From positions 18,690 to 82,689 of the forward strand of contig JAVZMA010000004.1 in the NCBI GenBank assembly GCA_038883475.1: a stretch of DNA of 64,000 nt. Reading direction: 5' to 3'. Positions 1-8,841 of this stretch are shown here, in pieces (the stretch's first letter is position 1; each line of letters begins with the position of its first letter). Position numbers and translations under genes: made by a program. Below the pieces are notes generated by a model, which made no database searches, was not told the origin of the DNA, and was given only the letters and a program-made list of their open reading frames with translations. The stretch is from Candidatus Bathyarchaeia archaeon. GTDB lineage: Archaea > Thermoproteota > Bathyarchaeia > Bathyarchaeales > Bathycorpusculaceae.

Positions 1-1
1 A

Positions 2-451
2 TGCTCGCTCTTCCACGAAAACCGCATTTGGCCAGAAGCCTCCAGAATAAGGATTTTCATGCTTATTCCCGGAGTTGATTTTCCACATTTCTGCGTTCAA
101 TGCGAAGATTACCCATGCGTGAATGCATGTCCTGTAAACGCTCTTTCAGTCAGCAGAGAAACTGGAGCAGTTTTAGTTGACGCAGAGGCTTGCACGGCTT
201 GCGGAAACTGCGTAGAAGCTTGTCCGGGCAAGGTTCCGCACATGCACCCGAATGGAAGGCACATTTTGATTTGTGACTTGTGCGGCGGCGACCCCCAATG
301 TGTAAAGGTTTGTCAAGAAGGCGGGTGGAATGTTCTAAAGAAAGTTTCAAGGGAAGACCATGCTTACAAGCTTTATTCGCGCACTCCGGAGGAAGTAACG
401 CGGGATTTAGCCATTAAACTGTTTGGGGATAAGGCGGAGGAATTCTTATGA
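2..451 (+). CDS. 4Fe-4S polyferredoxin (DmsB-like) electron-transfer protein, 5' end cut by window edge
   Basis: Frame is open from base 2 (the track starts at Met 59). Cys motifs CVQCEDYPCVNACP, CTACGNCVEACP and CDLCGGDPQCVKVC. Stop overlaps the AOR start (ATGA at 448-451). Confidence 0.8.
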   Translation, partial: CSLFHENRIWPEASRIRIFMLIPGVDFPHFCVQCEDYPCVNACPVNALSVSRETGAVLVDAEACTACGNCVEACPGKVPHMHPNGRHILICDLCGGDPQCVKVCQEGGWNVLKKVSREDHAYKLYSRTPEEVTRDLAIKLFGDKAEEFL

Positions 452-2316
452 TTAAGGGGTATGCTGGAAAGTTTCTTGAAGTCAACCTTTCAGATGAAAA
501 AATAAGGGAGACAAGGTTTGACGATGAAGTTTTAAGGGATTATGTGGGTGGAAGAGGCTTAGCGGCGAAAATCCTCTGGGACAGGCTGGGCGAAAAATGG
601 GAAAGCGTTGACCCACTAAGTCCAGAAAACATCTTGTTGTTTTTGACTGGTCCGCTTACCGGATTTTTCCCTGGTGGAAGAACTTGTGTTTCTGGGAAGT
701 CTCCGCAGAATAACGGCGTTATTGGTTCTACTGTTGCTGGCGAGTTTGGTGTTGAGTTAAAGTGTGCTGGTTACGATGGCATCATTGTTTCGGGAAAGGC
801 GGAAAAACATGTTTACCTTTTCGTCAAGGATTCTGATGTTGAAATTAGGGACGCAAACCATGTTTGGGGCATGGATGCAAAGCAAACGGTTACTTTGTTA
901 ACAAAGGAATGCAGGGAGATTTTGAAGAAGCGTTATCCCCAGAAAGGCGTGTGGAGAGAACCATCCATCCTATACATTGGACCCGCCGGCGAAAACATGG
1001 TGCGCACGGCTGTTGTTGCAGCTAAATGGACGCATGCGGCTGGCTATGGCGGTTACGGGGCGGTTATGGGTTCAAAGGGGCTTAAGGCTGTTGTTGTTAA
1101 GGGAACTGGCCCACTGCCTGATGTTGGCGACATGGAAATGGTTAAGAAGCTAATGCAAGAAGTTTGCGACAACGTTTATGAAAATGAGTTGTGGAGGCGT
1201 TGGGGAACTGGTTCAGGCGGCTATGAATTTGCTGCAAAGACAAGTTCTGAGCCTGTTCGGAATTGGCAGGAGGAGTGGCATGATAAGCGGGAGTTCGGTG
1301 TTGACCGGTTTGAGAATAGGTTTTGGGTGAAGCAGTTTTGGGGAGACTTCGGCTGCCCAACCACATGCCTAAAGCTTGCTGTTGCCAAGTCTGGAAGGTT
1401 TAAAGGCGCTATAACGGATAATCCAGACTATGAGATGCAAGCTTATTTGGGTCCAAACCTTGGAATTTTCTCTCCAGAAGACAATGTTTTCCTTTCTTCG
1501 CTCCTTGACGATTTGGGCTTGTGCGGCATACAAACTGGAAACGTGCTTGGCTTTGTAGCTGAGCTTTTCCAAAGAGGGATTTTAAGCGAGAAAGATTTGG
1601 ACGGCATAAAACCCACATGGGGAAACGCCGAAGCCTTCGCCACATTAGCCAAGAAAATCGCTTTCAGAGAAGGTGTCGGCAACATCTTAGCCGAGGGAAC
1701 ATATCGCGCAGCTTTAAAAATTGGAAAAATGAAAGGCGTTGATGTTATGCCCTATGCAGTTCAATGTAAGGGGATCGGTATAGGTGCTCATGGAATCCGC
1801 AGTGAGAAGGATTTCGTTGACATTCATGGCTATGCTTGTTCTGTCCAAGGCGGAGACCACACTTCAACAGCGGCTTTATCACTTGATGATTTCAGAAGCG
1901 AGTTGCTGATGATTTTTCACGATTCTGCTGTTTACTGTTACTTCAACGTTTTCGGACTTTCACGCAAAACCATCTTCGAATTTTATAAAGCTGTAACTGG
2001 AGTAGAAATGCCAATGGAGGAATGGGTTAACACAAAAGCGTTAAAGATACTGCAGTTGCAAAGAGCCATGCTTCTGTTGGGTGGTCCAGACTTGAAATGG
2101 AACCCGAAAACCCATGATGACAACCCGCCGAGGTTCTATGAGCCGCTTCCCACCGGACCTTTCAAAGGCAAAACAGTTGAAAAAAATGCTGTTATGAACG
2201 AGGTTAAGAGGTATTACGAGGCTGTGGGCTGGGACGAGAATGGCGTACCGAAAACAGAAGCTCTCAAAAAACTAGGGTTAGAAAACGTTGACAAGGTTCT
2301 GGAGAAACTACGCTGA
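448..2316 (+). CDS. aor: aldehyde:ferredoxin oxidoreductase (tungstopterin AOR family)
   Basis: 622 aa. N-terminus GYAGKFLEVNLSDEKI, and length and layout are typical of the AOR family. Translationally coupled to the upstream Fe-S protein. Confidence 0.85.
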   Translation: MIKGYAGKFLEVNLSDEKIRETRFDDEVLRDYVGGRGLAAKILWDRLGEKWESVDPLSPENILLFLTGPLTGFFPGGRTCVSGKSPQNNGVIGSTVAGEFGVELKCAGYDGIIVSGKAEKHVYLFVKDSDVEIRDANHVWGMDAKQTVTLLTKECREILKKRYPQKGVWREPSILYIGPAGENMVRTAVVAAKWTHAAGYGGYGAVMGSKGLKAVVVKGTGPLPDVGDMEMVKKLMQEVCDNVYENELWRRWGTGSGGYEFAAKTSSEPVRNWQEEWHDKREFGVDRFENRFWVKQFWGDFGCPTTCLKLAVAKSGRFKGAITDNPDYEMQAYLGPNLGIFSPEDNVFLSSLLDDLGLCGIQTGNVLGFVAELFQRGILSEKDLDGIKPTWGNAEAFATLAKKIAFREGVGNILAEGTYRAALKIGKMKGVDVMPYAVQCKGIGIGAHGIRSEKDFVDIHGYACSVQGGDHTSTAALSLDDFRSELLMIFHDSAVYCYFNVFGLSRKTIFEFYKAVTGVEMPMEEWVNTKALKILQLQRAMLLLGGPDLKWNPKTHDDNPPRFYEPLPTGPFKGKTVEKNAVMNEVKRYYEAVGWDENGVPKTEALKKLGLENVDKVLEKLR

Positions 2317-2373
2317 AAACTCCATACTTTTGGATTAAAAAGCAGCCAATACCGATAGACCCCCTCTAGATTT

Positions 2374-3009
2374 TCAAGCTTCAAAATTTTGGGCTGTTAC
2401 GCGAATAACTCTTGTAGGAGTGACTATTACCGAAACTTTTTCGTCTTTTTCCTCGAATGGAACAGCCTCAACAACTTGCATGTCATGCACAGTTGTCACT
2501 ATGGGGATTTCTCCGAACGTTCTTTTCAAAATGCCGATTTCCGCATCGCCATAACCATGCCCTTTTCCAAGCCTATGCCCATGCAAATCAACAGCCACAG
2601 AACCCTCAACAATCAAGTCTGGCTTAGGCGTTTCCTCAGCGCTAATTGTTCTGCCAAGTTTAAAGGCTCCCTTAATCGTTGAAGCGAAGCTTTCCTTGCC
2701 TTTCACGTCGGCTGGATTGAGTAGGATAAAGCCTCTTTCAAGCCTTGGGGAAGCCATCACAAGAATTTTTCCATCTTTTAAAGCGTTTTCTCTTACTTTA
2801 CGCTGGGGCGAGTCTGGGTTGGCAAATATTACTTTGGCTTTTCTCCACTCTTCTAGTTGGCGCAGTCTTTCGGCGGCGGCTTCCGCTCCAACAAAGTTTG
2901 GGATTCTGCCCTTACATGGCAATGGAAAAGCGGCTATTCCGCGGAGTTGCATCTCGTTCCAGATTTCTTCTCTTAACCGCTGTTTTTTCTGGGCTATACT
3001 CATCAGCAT
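2374..3009 (-). CDS. 5-formyltetrahydrofolate cyclo-ligase family protein
   Basis: 211 aa. Pattern KQRLREEIW...FPLP..GRIPNF.GA..AA..L, then a GxGYGD-like segment (GKGHGYGDAE) typical of the MTHFS family. Confidence 0.7.
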   Translation of the reverse strand: MLMSIAQKKQRLREEIWNEMQLRGIAAFPLPCKGRIPNFVGAEAAAERLRQLEEWRKAKVIFANPDSPQRKVRENALKDGKILVMASPRLERGFILLNPADVKGKESFASTIKGAFKLGRTISAEETPKPDLIVEGSVAVDLHGHRLGKGHGYGDAEIGILKRTFGEIPIVTTVHDMQVVEAVPFEEKDEKVSVIVTPTRVIRVTAQNFEA

Positions 3010-3049
3010 CTACAACAGAAAATGAGAGGTGAATTGGTTTTTAACGGTT

Positions 3050-4261
3050 TCAGATTATTCCCAGTTTTTTGCCGCCTTCCTTGAAGGCTTCAGCAGCCTT
3101 GTCCAACTGTTCTGTTGTGTGTTTTGTGCAGACTTGAACGCGGATTCTTGCTTTGTCTCTTGCTACCATGGGATAGAAGATGGGCAGAACAAAGATTCCC
3201 TTCGTCCACAGATAATCCGCTAAGTCTCTTGCAGCCTTACTTTTGCCACACATAACTGGAATTATGGGCGTTTCCGTGTTGCCAGTGTCAAAACCCGCGT
3301 CCTGCAGTGCATCCAATAAGTGATTGCGGTTTTCCCAAACTTTCTTCACATGCTGAGGCTCGTTTTCAAGCACATCAATAGCCGCTATGCAAGCCGCAGC
3401 CACGCCGGGCGGAACCGCGCCGCTTAAAAGCCAACTTCTAACCTTGTTATAGGCGAAGTTGCGGAGGTCTTCGCCGCCGGTTATGTGTCCGCCTATGACT
3501 CCGAAAGCTTTTGAAAAAGTTCCCATTTCCACATGTACTTCGTCGCGTCTAAGCTTGTAATGGTTGACTATGCCTCTTCCACCCTCGCCTAAAACGCCTT
3601 CGCCATGCGCATCATCCACGTAAACGCCTGCGCCGTGTTCCTTGGCGATTTTAGCTATTTCCTTAAGAGGCGCTGTGTCACCGTCCATGCTGAAGACGCC
3701 GTCTGTTATTATCCAAACGTGATTGTATGGAGGCTCATGTTTTTCCGCCTCATCCATAACCCGCACCAAGTCTTCCACATCCTTATGTTTGAACACGGCT
3801 CTGTCAGCACGGCTAAGCCTAGCGCCGTCAATTATTGAACCGTGGTTTAACTCATCCGAAACTATCAAGTCTCCCTTATCGGCAAGCTGCGGAATAAGCC
3901 CCTCATTAACCATAAACCCAGTCTGGAAAGTCAGCGAAGCGGGGGCTTTCTTAAACTTGGCTAGGCGACGGTCAAGTTCCTCGTGAAGAATCATGTTGCC
4001 AGAAATCGATCTATCGCTTCCTGCTCCAGCACCGTATTTTCTGGTTGCCTCTATCATGGCGTTGACAACTTTTGGGTGTGTTGCAAGGTTAAGATAGTTA
4101 TTCGCACAAAGCATCAAAACCTCTTTACCGTTCACTATGCAGATTGGCTCGCTGGCAGATTCAAGAACCTTAAGCTCCCAGTTCAGGTTTTCACGAACCA
4201 AACGCTGATATTCCTCACCTAAATATTTGGTTGGATGGCGCTTAACAACCACATTAACCAC
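3050..4261 (-). CDS. kbl: 2-amino-3-ketobutyrate CoA ligase (glycine C-acetyltransferase)
   Basis: 403 aa alpha-oxoamine synthase fold. DDAHG and the PLP-lysine context GTFSKAFG. Lies directly downstream of tdh. GTG start; a second in-frame GTG at 4252 is also possible. Confidence 0.85.
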   Translation of the reverse strand: MVNVVVKRHPTKYLGEEYQRLVRENLNWELKVLESASEPICIVNGKEVLMLCANNYLNLATHPKVVNAMIEATRKYGAGAGSDRSISGNMILHEELDRRLAKFKKAPASLTFQTGFMVNEGLIPQLADKGDLIVSDELNHGSIIDGARLSRADRAVFKHKDVEDLVRVMDEAEKHEPPYNHVWIITDGVFSMDGDTAPLKEIAKIAKEHGAGVYVDDAHGEGVLGEGGRGIVNHYKLRRDEVHVEMGTFSKAFGVIGGHITGGEDLRNFAYNKVRSWLLSGAVPPGVAAACIAAIDVLENEPQHVKKVWENRNHLLDALQDAGFDTGNTETPIIPVMCGKSKAARDLADYLWTKGIFVLPIFYPMVARDKARIRVQVCTKHTTEQLDKAAEAFKEGGKKLGII

Positions 4262-4336
4262 CTTCCCTAAATTTGTTTCAACCTTCTTTTAATGTTTATC
4301 CACCCTCACCAAACACAAAAATGGTAGAGAAGGGAA

Positions 4337-4405
4337 GGGGAGCTTCAAAACCTCTTAGCTGTGCGACGGGTCGGACAACGTCATAATGCTAGAGGTAAGC
4401 TCCCC
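4337..4405 (-). other. 69-nt nested inverted repeat (three stacked helices) in the tdh-kbl intergenic spacer
   Basis: GGGGAGCTT (4337-4345) pairs with AAGCTCCCC (4397-4405). ACCTCT-t-AGC (4350-4359) pairs with GCTAGAGGT (4388-4396). GACG (4365-4368) pairs with CGTC (4379-4382). Confidence 0.45.
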
Positions 4406-4470
4406 CAATTAAAATTGCATTCGAAATTTGTTTATGAATTTTTTGGTTGGAAACCAAATTTTAAACATGC

Positions 4471-5463
4471 CTAAACGTTGGTTTCAGCAAACTTTTTTGT
4501 TAATTTTTCAATCATATCCCGCGTCATCGTAGCCAAGTCGTAAACGGGCTTCCAACCCCAATCCCTACGGGCTAAGCTATCATCAATTGACATAGGCCAA
4601 GAATCAGCAATCTTCTGCCTAAAATCTGGTTTATAATCGCACACAAATTCTGGAATGTGCTTTTTTATTTCAGCCGCTAGTTCCCCAGCGGAAAAACTCA
4701 TCCCAGCTACATTATAGCTTGTGCGGCAAGTAATTTTTGAAGCGTCAGCCTCCATCAAACCTATAGCTGCGTTTATGCAGTCTGGCATGTACATCATCGG
4801 CAAAACCGTGTCTTCCCTAACAAAACATGTATAACGCTTCCGCCTGACAGCTTCATAAAAAATCTCCACAGCATAATCTGTTGTTCCTCCGCCGGGCGGC
4901 GTCTCACTACTAATTACGCCTGGATAACGCACACTCCGCACATCCACACCGAAACGAGTGAAATAATAGTTGCAGAGAAGCTCACCAGTAACCTTTGTAA
5001 CGCCATACATCGTTCTAGGAATCATTATGGTGTTTTGCGGAGTTTTTACACGCGGGGCTTCTGGACCGAACACTGCGATGGAGCTGGGCCAAAAAACTTG
5101 GGCTAAGCCATGTTCCCTTGCGATTTCAAGCACATTGTAGAGGCTGTGCACGTTAACTTTCCAAGCAAGCTGCGGGTTCTCTTCGCCGACAGCGGATAAA
5201 ACCGCTGCCAAATGATAAATTGTGTCTACGTCGTATTGAGTTACAATTTTTTCGACGGCTCCGCGGTCTGTCACGTCAACATACTCGAAAGGCCCAGACT
5301 CAAAGAGCTTTTTGTCTGGCTTTTTCTTGTGACCAACGGCAACAACACTTTCGCCGCCGTATTTTTCTCGCAACGCCATCGTCAACTCTGACCCTATTTG
5401 GCCGGTTGCGCCAGTAACTAGAATCTTCTTTGTTTTTCTCCGCGTCATTCGACAAATCCTCAA
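4471..5463 (-). CDS. tdh: L-threonine 3-dehydrogenase, extended-SDR (UDP-glucose 4-epimerase-like) type
   Basis: 330 aa. Rossmann motif GATGQIG and YxxxK (YGVTK). Paired with kbl as in known tdh-kbl operons. The start may be the internal Met (MTRRKTKKILVTG). Confidence 0.75.
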   Translation of the reverse strand: MRICRMTRRKTKKILVTGATGQIGSELTMALREKYGGESVVAVGHKKKPDKKLFESGPFEYVDVTDRGAVEKIVTQYDVDTIYHLAAVLSAVGEENPQLAWKVNVHSLYNVLEIAREHGLAQVFWPSSIAVFGPEAPRVKTPQNTIMIPRTMYGVTKVTGELLCNYYFTRFGVDVRSVRYPGVISSETPPGGGTTDYAVEIFYEAVRRKRYTCFVREDTVLPMMYMPDCINAAIGLMEADASKITCRTSYNVAGMSFSAGELAAEIKKHIPEFVCDYKPDFRQKIADSWPMSIDDSLARRDWGWKPVYDLATMTRDMIEKLTKKFAETNV

Positions 5464-5530
5464 TTATAAGGGAATGGGATGTTGTAATCTGGCAAATATA
5501 AGAATTTTCAGTCAAGAGGTGGGTGCCGCA

Positions 5531-6145
5531 TCATTTTATTAAGGTTTTTAGTTTGCGGTGCAATTCTTCAATGGGTTGCGGGTGCTCATCAACCTTAACT
5601 TCCAAAATCACTCTCTTGGAATCTACAATTATCATGGCTGCAGATTTTTCGCCTCTCACGTCTCCTCCAGCCTTGCTTCCAGCCTTCAGCACCTCCACCA
5701 TTCTTACGGCTAAACTTCCCCCTGAATTTTCGAACGCTTCAGCCATGCAGTCTATAACGCTTTTTCCTGAAAGCAAATTTCCGACAACAATGTAGTCTTC
5801 GCCTACACGTTCTCCGCGAAGTTCCGGAGTTTCAGCTCCCGTAAACACAGCTTTTCTCTTCTTAAAATCCATTACAGCAACTTGCCTCTTCTCCCTATCT
5901 GGGTCTTTAACCAGAAGTTTGTTTAAGGCTTGGGTTGGCGAAAAACCCCTAGCTAAAAGTTCCAATCCTTCAGTTCCATAAAAGATTTCTGTGTAAGCTT
6001 GGGTGGCTACAGCGCCGATTCCCGGCATTGCATGAGGAACTCTGTCGCCAACAGCTATTGAACCAGAAGCCACGGCAACACCCATCAGTCTGGAGTTAGG
6101 CGATATGGCTATGATGGAAAAAGTCCCTTTAAACACGTTCCCCAT
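5531..6145 (-). CDS. DUF1028-family (Ntn-hydrolase-fold) protein
   Basis: 204 aa. N-terminal TFSIIA...GVAVASGS..VG..VPHA.PG.GAVATQA pattern recalled from DUF1028. Confidence 0.6.
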   Translation of the reverse strand: MGNVFKGTFSIIAISPNSRLMGVAVASGSIAVGDRVPHAMPGIGAVATQAYTEIFYGTEGLELLARGFSPTQALNKLLVKDPDREKRQVAVMDFKKRKAVFTGAETPELRGERVGEDYIVVGNLLSGKSVIDCMAEAFENSGGSLAVRMVEVLKAGSKAGGDVRGEKSAAMIIVDSKRVILEVKVDEHPQPIEELHRKLKTLIK

Positions 6146-6205
6146 TTGAACTTTAATCTCCGAAGGCGCTTTATCAAAATATGTTTATAGCTAGTGCAAT
6201 AAATC

Positions 6206-7339
6206 TTGTCATTGATGGCGATGAGGCTTGGTTTTATAGTTAACCCAATAGCGGGTATGGGCGGCAAGGTAGGCTTGAAAGGGACAGACGGTGTTCTCGA
6301 AGAAGCCTTAGCCAGAGGAGCCAAGCCGGTAGCGCCTAAAAGGGCTGTAGAGTTTCTGCGGAAACTGAAAGAAAACTTGAATGAAGCTAAAATAGAAGTT
6401 TTGACATGCAAAGGAAAGATGGGTGAAGAAGAAGCAAGGGAAGCAGGTTTTCCAGTTCAAGTTTTGCCAATGAAAATAGGTGAGAAAACAAGCGCCGAGG
6501 ACACGAAAAAGGCTGTTAAGCTTTTGGCAACTGCCAAAGTTGATTTGATAGTTTTCGTCGGCGGAGACGGAACAGCCAAAGATATTTATGACGCTATGCA
6601 AAGCGTGAATCCAGTTCCAGTTTTAGGCGTGCCTTCGGGGGTGAAAATGTATAGCGGCATATTCGCAGTAAGCCCAGAAGACGCTGCTGAAGTTGTTCTG
6701 GCATTCGCCAATAAACAAGCGGAAACAGCCGAGTTTGAAATAATGGATGCTGATGAAAGCGCCATCAGAAGCGATAATTTCGCTGTGAAGCTTTACGGCT
6801 TTCTGAAAGGCCCCTTTGTTCCAATGCGAATTCAAGGAAGCAAACAAGTAAGTCTAGAAACGGCTGATGAAAAGGAAAACCAAACGGCTATAGCGCGCTT
6901 TATTATGGAAGAGATGCGGCCCAAAGCCACCTACATTCTTGGTCCTGGAACTACCGTGAAACGCCTTGCTGAGTTACTAGGCGTGGAAAAAACTGTTCTT
7001 GGCGTAGACATTTACAGAGAAGGTAAAGTCATGTTGGATGTTGACGAGAGGAGGATTCTGGAAGAGGTTAGAGACTGGCAAAAAACTTGGATAATAGTTT
7101 CGCCAATAGGGCGTCAAGGCATCCTTTTCGGGAGGGGAAACCAGCAGATAAGCCCAGAAATAATTGAGCGTGTAGGAAAAGAGCGGATAATAGTTGCAGC
7201 GACAAAAAGCAAGCTTCAAAGCATAGAAGGAGGCGTTTTAAGGGTTGACACAGGAGACACTGAAGTAGACGAGATGCTAAGAGGCTACATTAAAGTGGTA
7301 ACAGACTATAGGGAATGGCGGCTCATGCCAGTGCAATAG
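6206..7339 (+). CDS. ATP-NAD kinase family protein (archaeal COG3199-like)
   Basis: GFIVNPIAGMGGKVGLKGTDG N-terminus and GGDGT motif (VFVGGDGTAKD). The start may be ATG 6215 or 6221. Confidence 0.65.
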   Translation: MSLMAMRLGFIVNPIAGMGGKVGLKGTDGVLEEALARGAKPVAPKRAVEFLRKLKENLNEAKIEVLTCKGKMGEEEAREAGFPVQVLPMKIGEKTSAEDTKKAVKLLATAKVDLIVFVGGDGTAKDIYDAMQSVNPVPVLGVPSGVKMYSGIFAVSPEDAAEVVLAFANKQAETAEFEIMDADESAIRSDNFAVKLYGFLKGPFVPMRIQGSKQVSLETADEKENQTAIARFIMEEMRPKATYILGPGTTVKRLAELLGVEKTVLGVDIYREGKVMLDVDERRILEEVRDWQKTWIIVSPIGRQGILFGRGNQQISPEIIERVGKERIIVAATKSKLQSIEGGVLRVDTGDTEVDEMLRGYIKVVTDYREWRLMPVQ

Positions 7340-7345
7340 CGAATT

Positions 7346-8587
7346 TTAAGCTCCGAACCTCTTTGTCTTGCCAATTAAATTCATTAAGATAGGCATTAAA
7401 TCCATTCCCCTTATCCTATGTAAGCCTCCTTTTGCGCAAGCGCGTTCACTAAACTCTTCCACATCGTCACTGCGCACATACGGTCCACTTATAGCCACTG
7501 GAACGGGGTCTCCCTCGTGACTTTTTGTTATGGAAGATGTTGTGTGGTCGGCTGTTACAGCCAAATAGGTATTGTCTAAGTCTATTTTGCCTAGTATGTA
7601 GTCGAGCATTTCGTCGATTTTCTCTATTAACTCAATTTTCTGTTCGACGATTCCGTCATGGCTTGCGGCATCTGTCGCTTTCACGTGTAAAAGCACAAAA
7701 TCACTGTCTCCAAGCGCTTGAACAGTTGCCTTTGCCTTAGCCATAAAATCTGTTTGCGGAGTCCCTGTCGCGCCTTTCACATCGACAAGTTTCATTCCAG
7801 CCGCTTTACATGTTCCTCTAATTAATGGCATGGCAGCCACACATACCGTGTTTACACCGTAAATTTCCGAGAGAGATTTCATAGTAGGAACGGAGCCTGC
7901 CCCTCTAAACAACAGCACATTCGCGGGCAATAACCCACGTTTAACCCTTTCTTTGTTAATTGGGTGTTCATTCAAAACTTCATGAAACTTTAACATAAGC
8001 TCGTTGAGAATTTCAGCGGTGTGTTTAGCGGCTAAACTATCACTTAAGGGTTTCACCTCTGAAACTTTTTTCCCAACTTTTAAAGGGTCAGAGTTGCTAA
8101 CATCCGCTGAAAGTTTTGAACCGCGAATTAAAAGCACCGCCCGATGCTGAACAGTGCTCTTCAAAAAGAACTTAGCGCCCAAAGATTTCTTTAACTTGAT
8201 TTTTTGAAGGCTTTCAGTCAACTTTGCTGCGTCTTCATTTTCGATTCTGCCAGCCCTCCTATCCAAAACAACCATGTTTTCGTCAACAGTTGCGAAGTTG
8301 CATCTAAGGGCAACATCCCCCGGCAAAAGCTCCATTCCACAGCCTAAAGCTTCTAAGGCTCCTCTTCCCGTGTAAACCTTTAAAGCGTCATAGCCAAGCA
8401 ACGAAAGGGTAGCTGTGTCGCTTCCAGGCGGGATCCCCGGTGCTATCGGGTCTATTATGCCGCAGATTCCAGTTCTTGCTATTTTGTTCAGAGAAGGTTT
8501 CCTTGCAGCTTCTAAAGGCGTTTTCCCATTTAACTCCTTTAAAGGTCTGTCAGCCATTCCGTCTCCAATAAGGAGAATTGCCTTCAT
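7346..8587 (-). CDS. apgM: 2,3-bisphosphoglycerate-independent phosphoglycerate mutase, archaeal type
   Basis: 413 aa. MKAILLIGDGMADRP N-terminus and ADHTTS..THEGDPVP C-terminal metal-binding block. Confidence 0.85.
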   Translation of the reverse strand: MKAILLIGDGMADRPLKELNGKTPLEAARKPSLNKIARTGICGIIDPIAPGIPPGSDTATLSLLGYDALKVYTGRGALEALGCGMELLPGDVALRCNFATVDENMVVLDRRAGRIENEDAAKLTESLQKIKLKKSLGAKFFLKSTVQHRAVLLIRGSKLSADVSNSDPLKVGKKVSEVKPLSDSLAAKHTAEILNELMLKFHEVLNEHPINKERVKRGLLPANVLLFRGAGSVPTMKSLSEIYGVNTVCVAAMPLIRGTCKAAGMKLVDVKGATGTPQTDFMAKAKATVQALGDSDFVLLHVKATDAASHDGIVEQKIELIEKIDEMLDYILGKIDLDNTYLAVTADHTTSSITKSHEGDPVPVAISGPYVRSDDVEEFSERACAKGGLHRIRGMDLMPILMNLIGKTKRFGA

Positions 8588-8841
8588 TCCCCTTCACACC
8601 ATAATCGTGACATATTCAAGTTTAATGCTTGCAGTTAAAACACTTGCGCAGTTCACCATCAAAGTTATTTCAAAAACAACTAGAAACGCTTAATAATTTC
8701 CATGCTGCATTTTCTTGTCAAGTGGTTTGAATGGGCGATTCAGTTCCACACTGCTGAATTTTTGCTAAAGTTAGCTGGTATTAGGATTAATTTTACGCTA
8801 GAATTATATTCAGCAAACATTAAACAAGGTGAAGGATAAAA

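Noticed and set aside
8702-8803. 33-codon ORF (MLHFLVKWFEWAIQFHTAEFLLKLAGIRINFTL) upstream of proS as a leader peptide.
   Set aside because: It has no ribosome-binding site, no proline codons that would make regulatory sense, and no recognisable family. It spans the hairpin reported separately.
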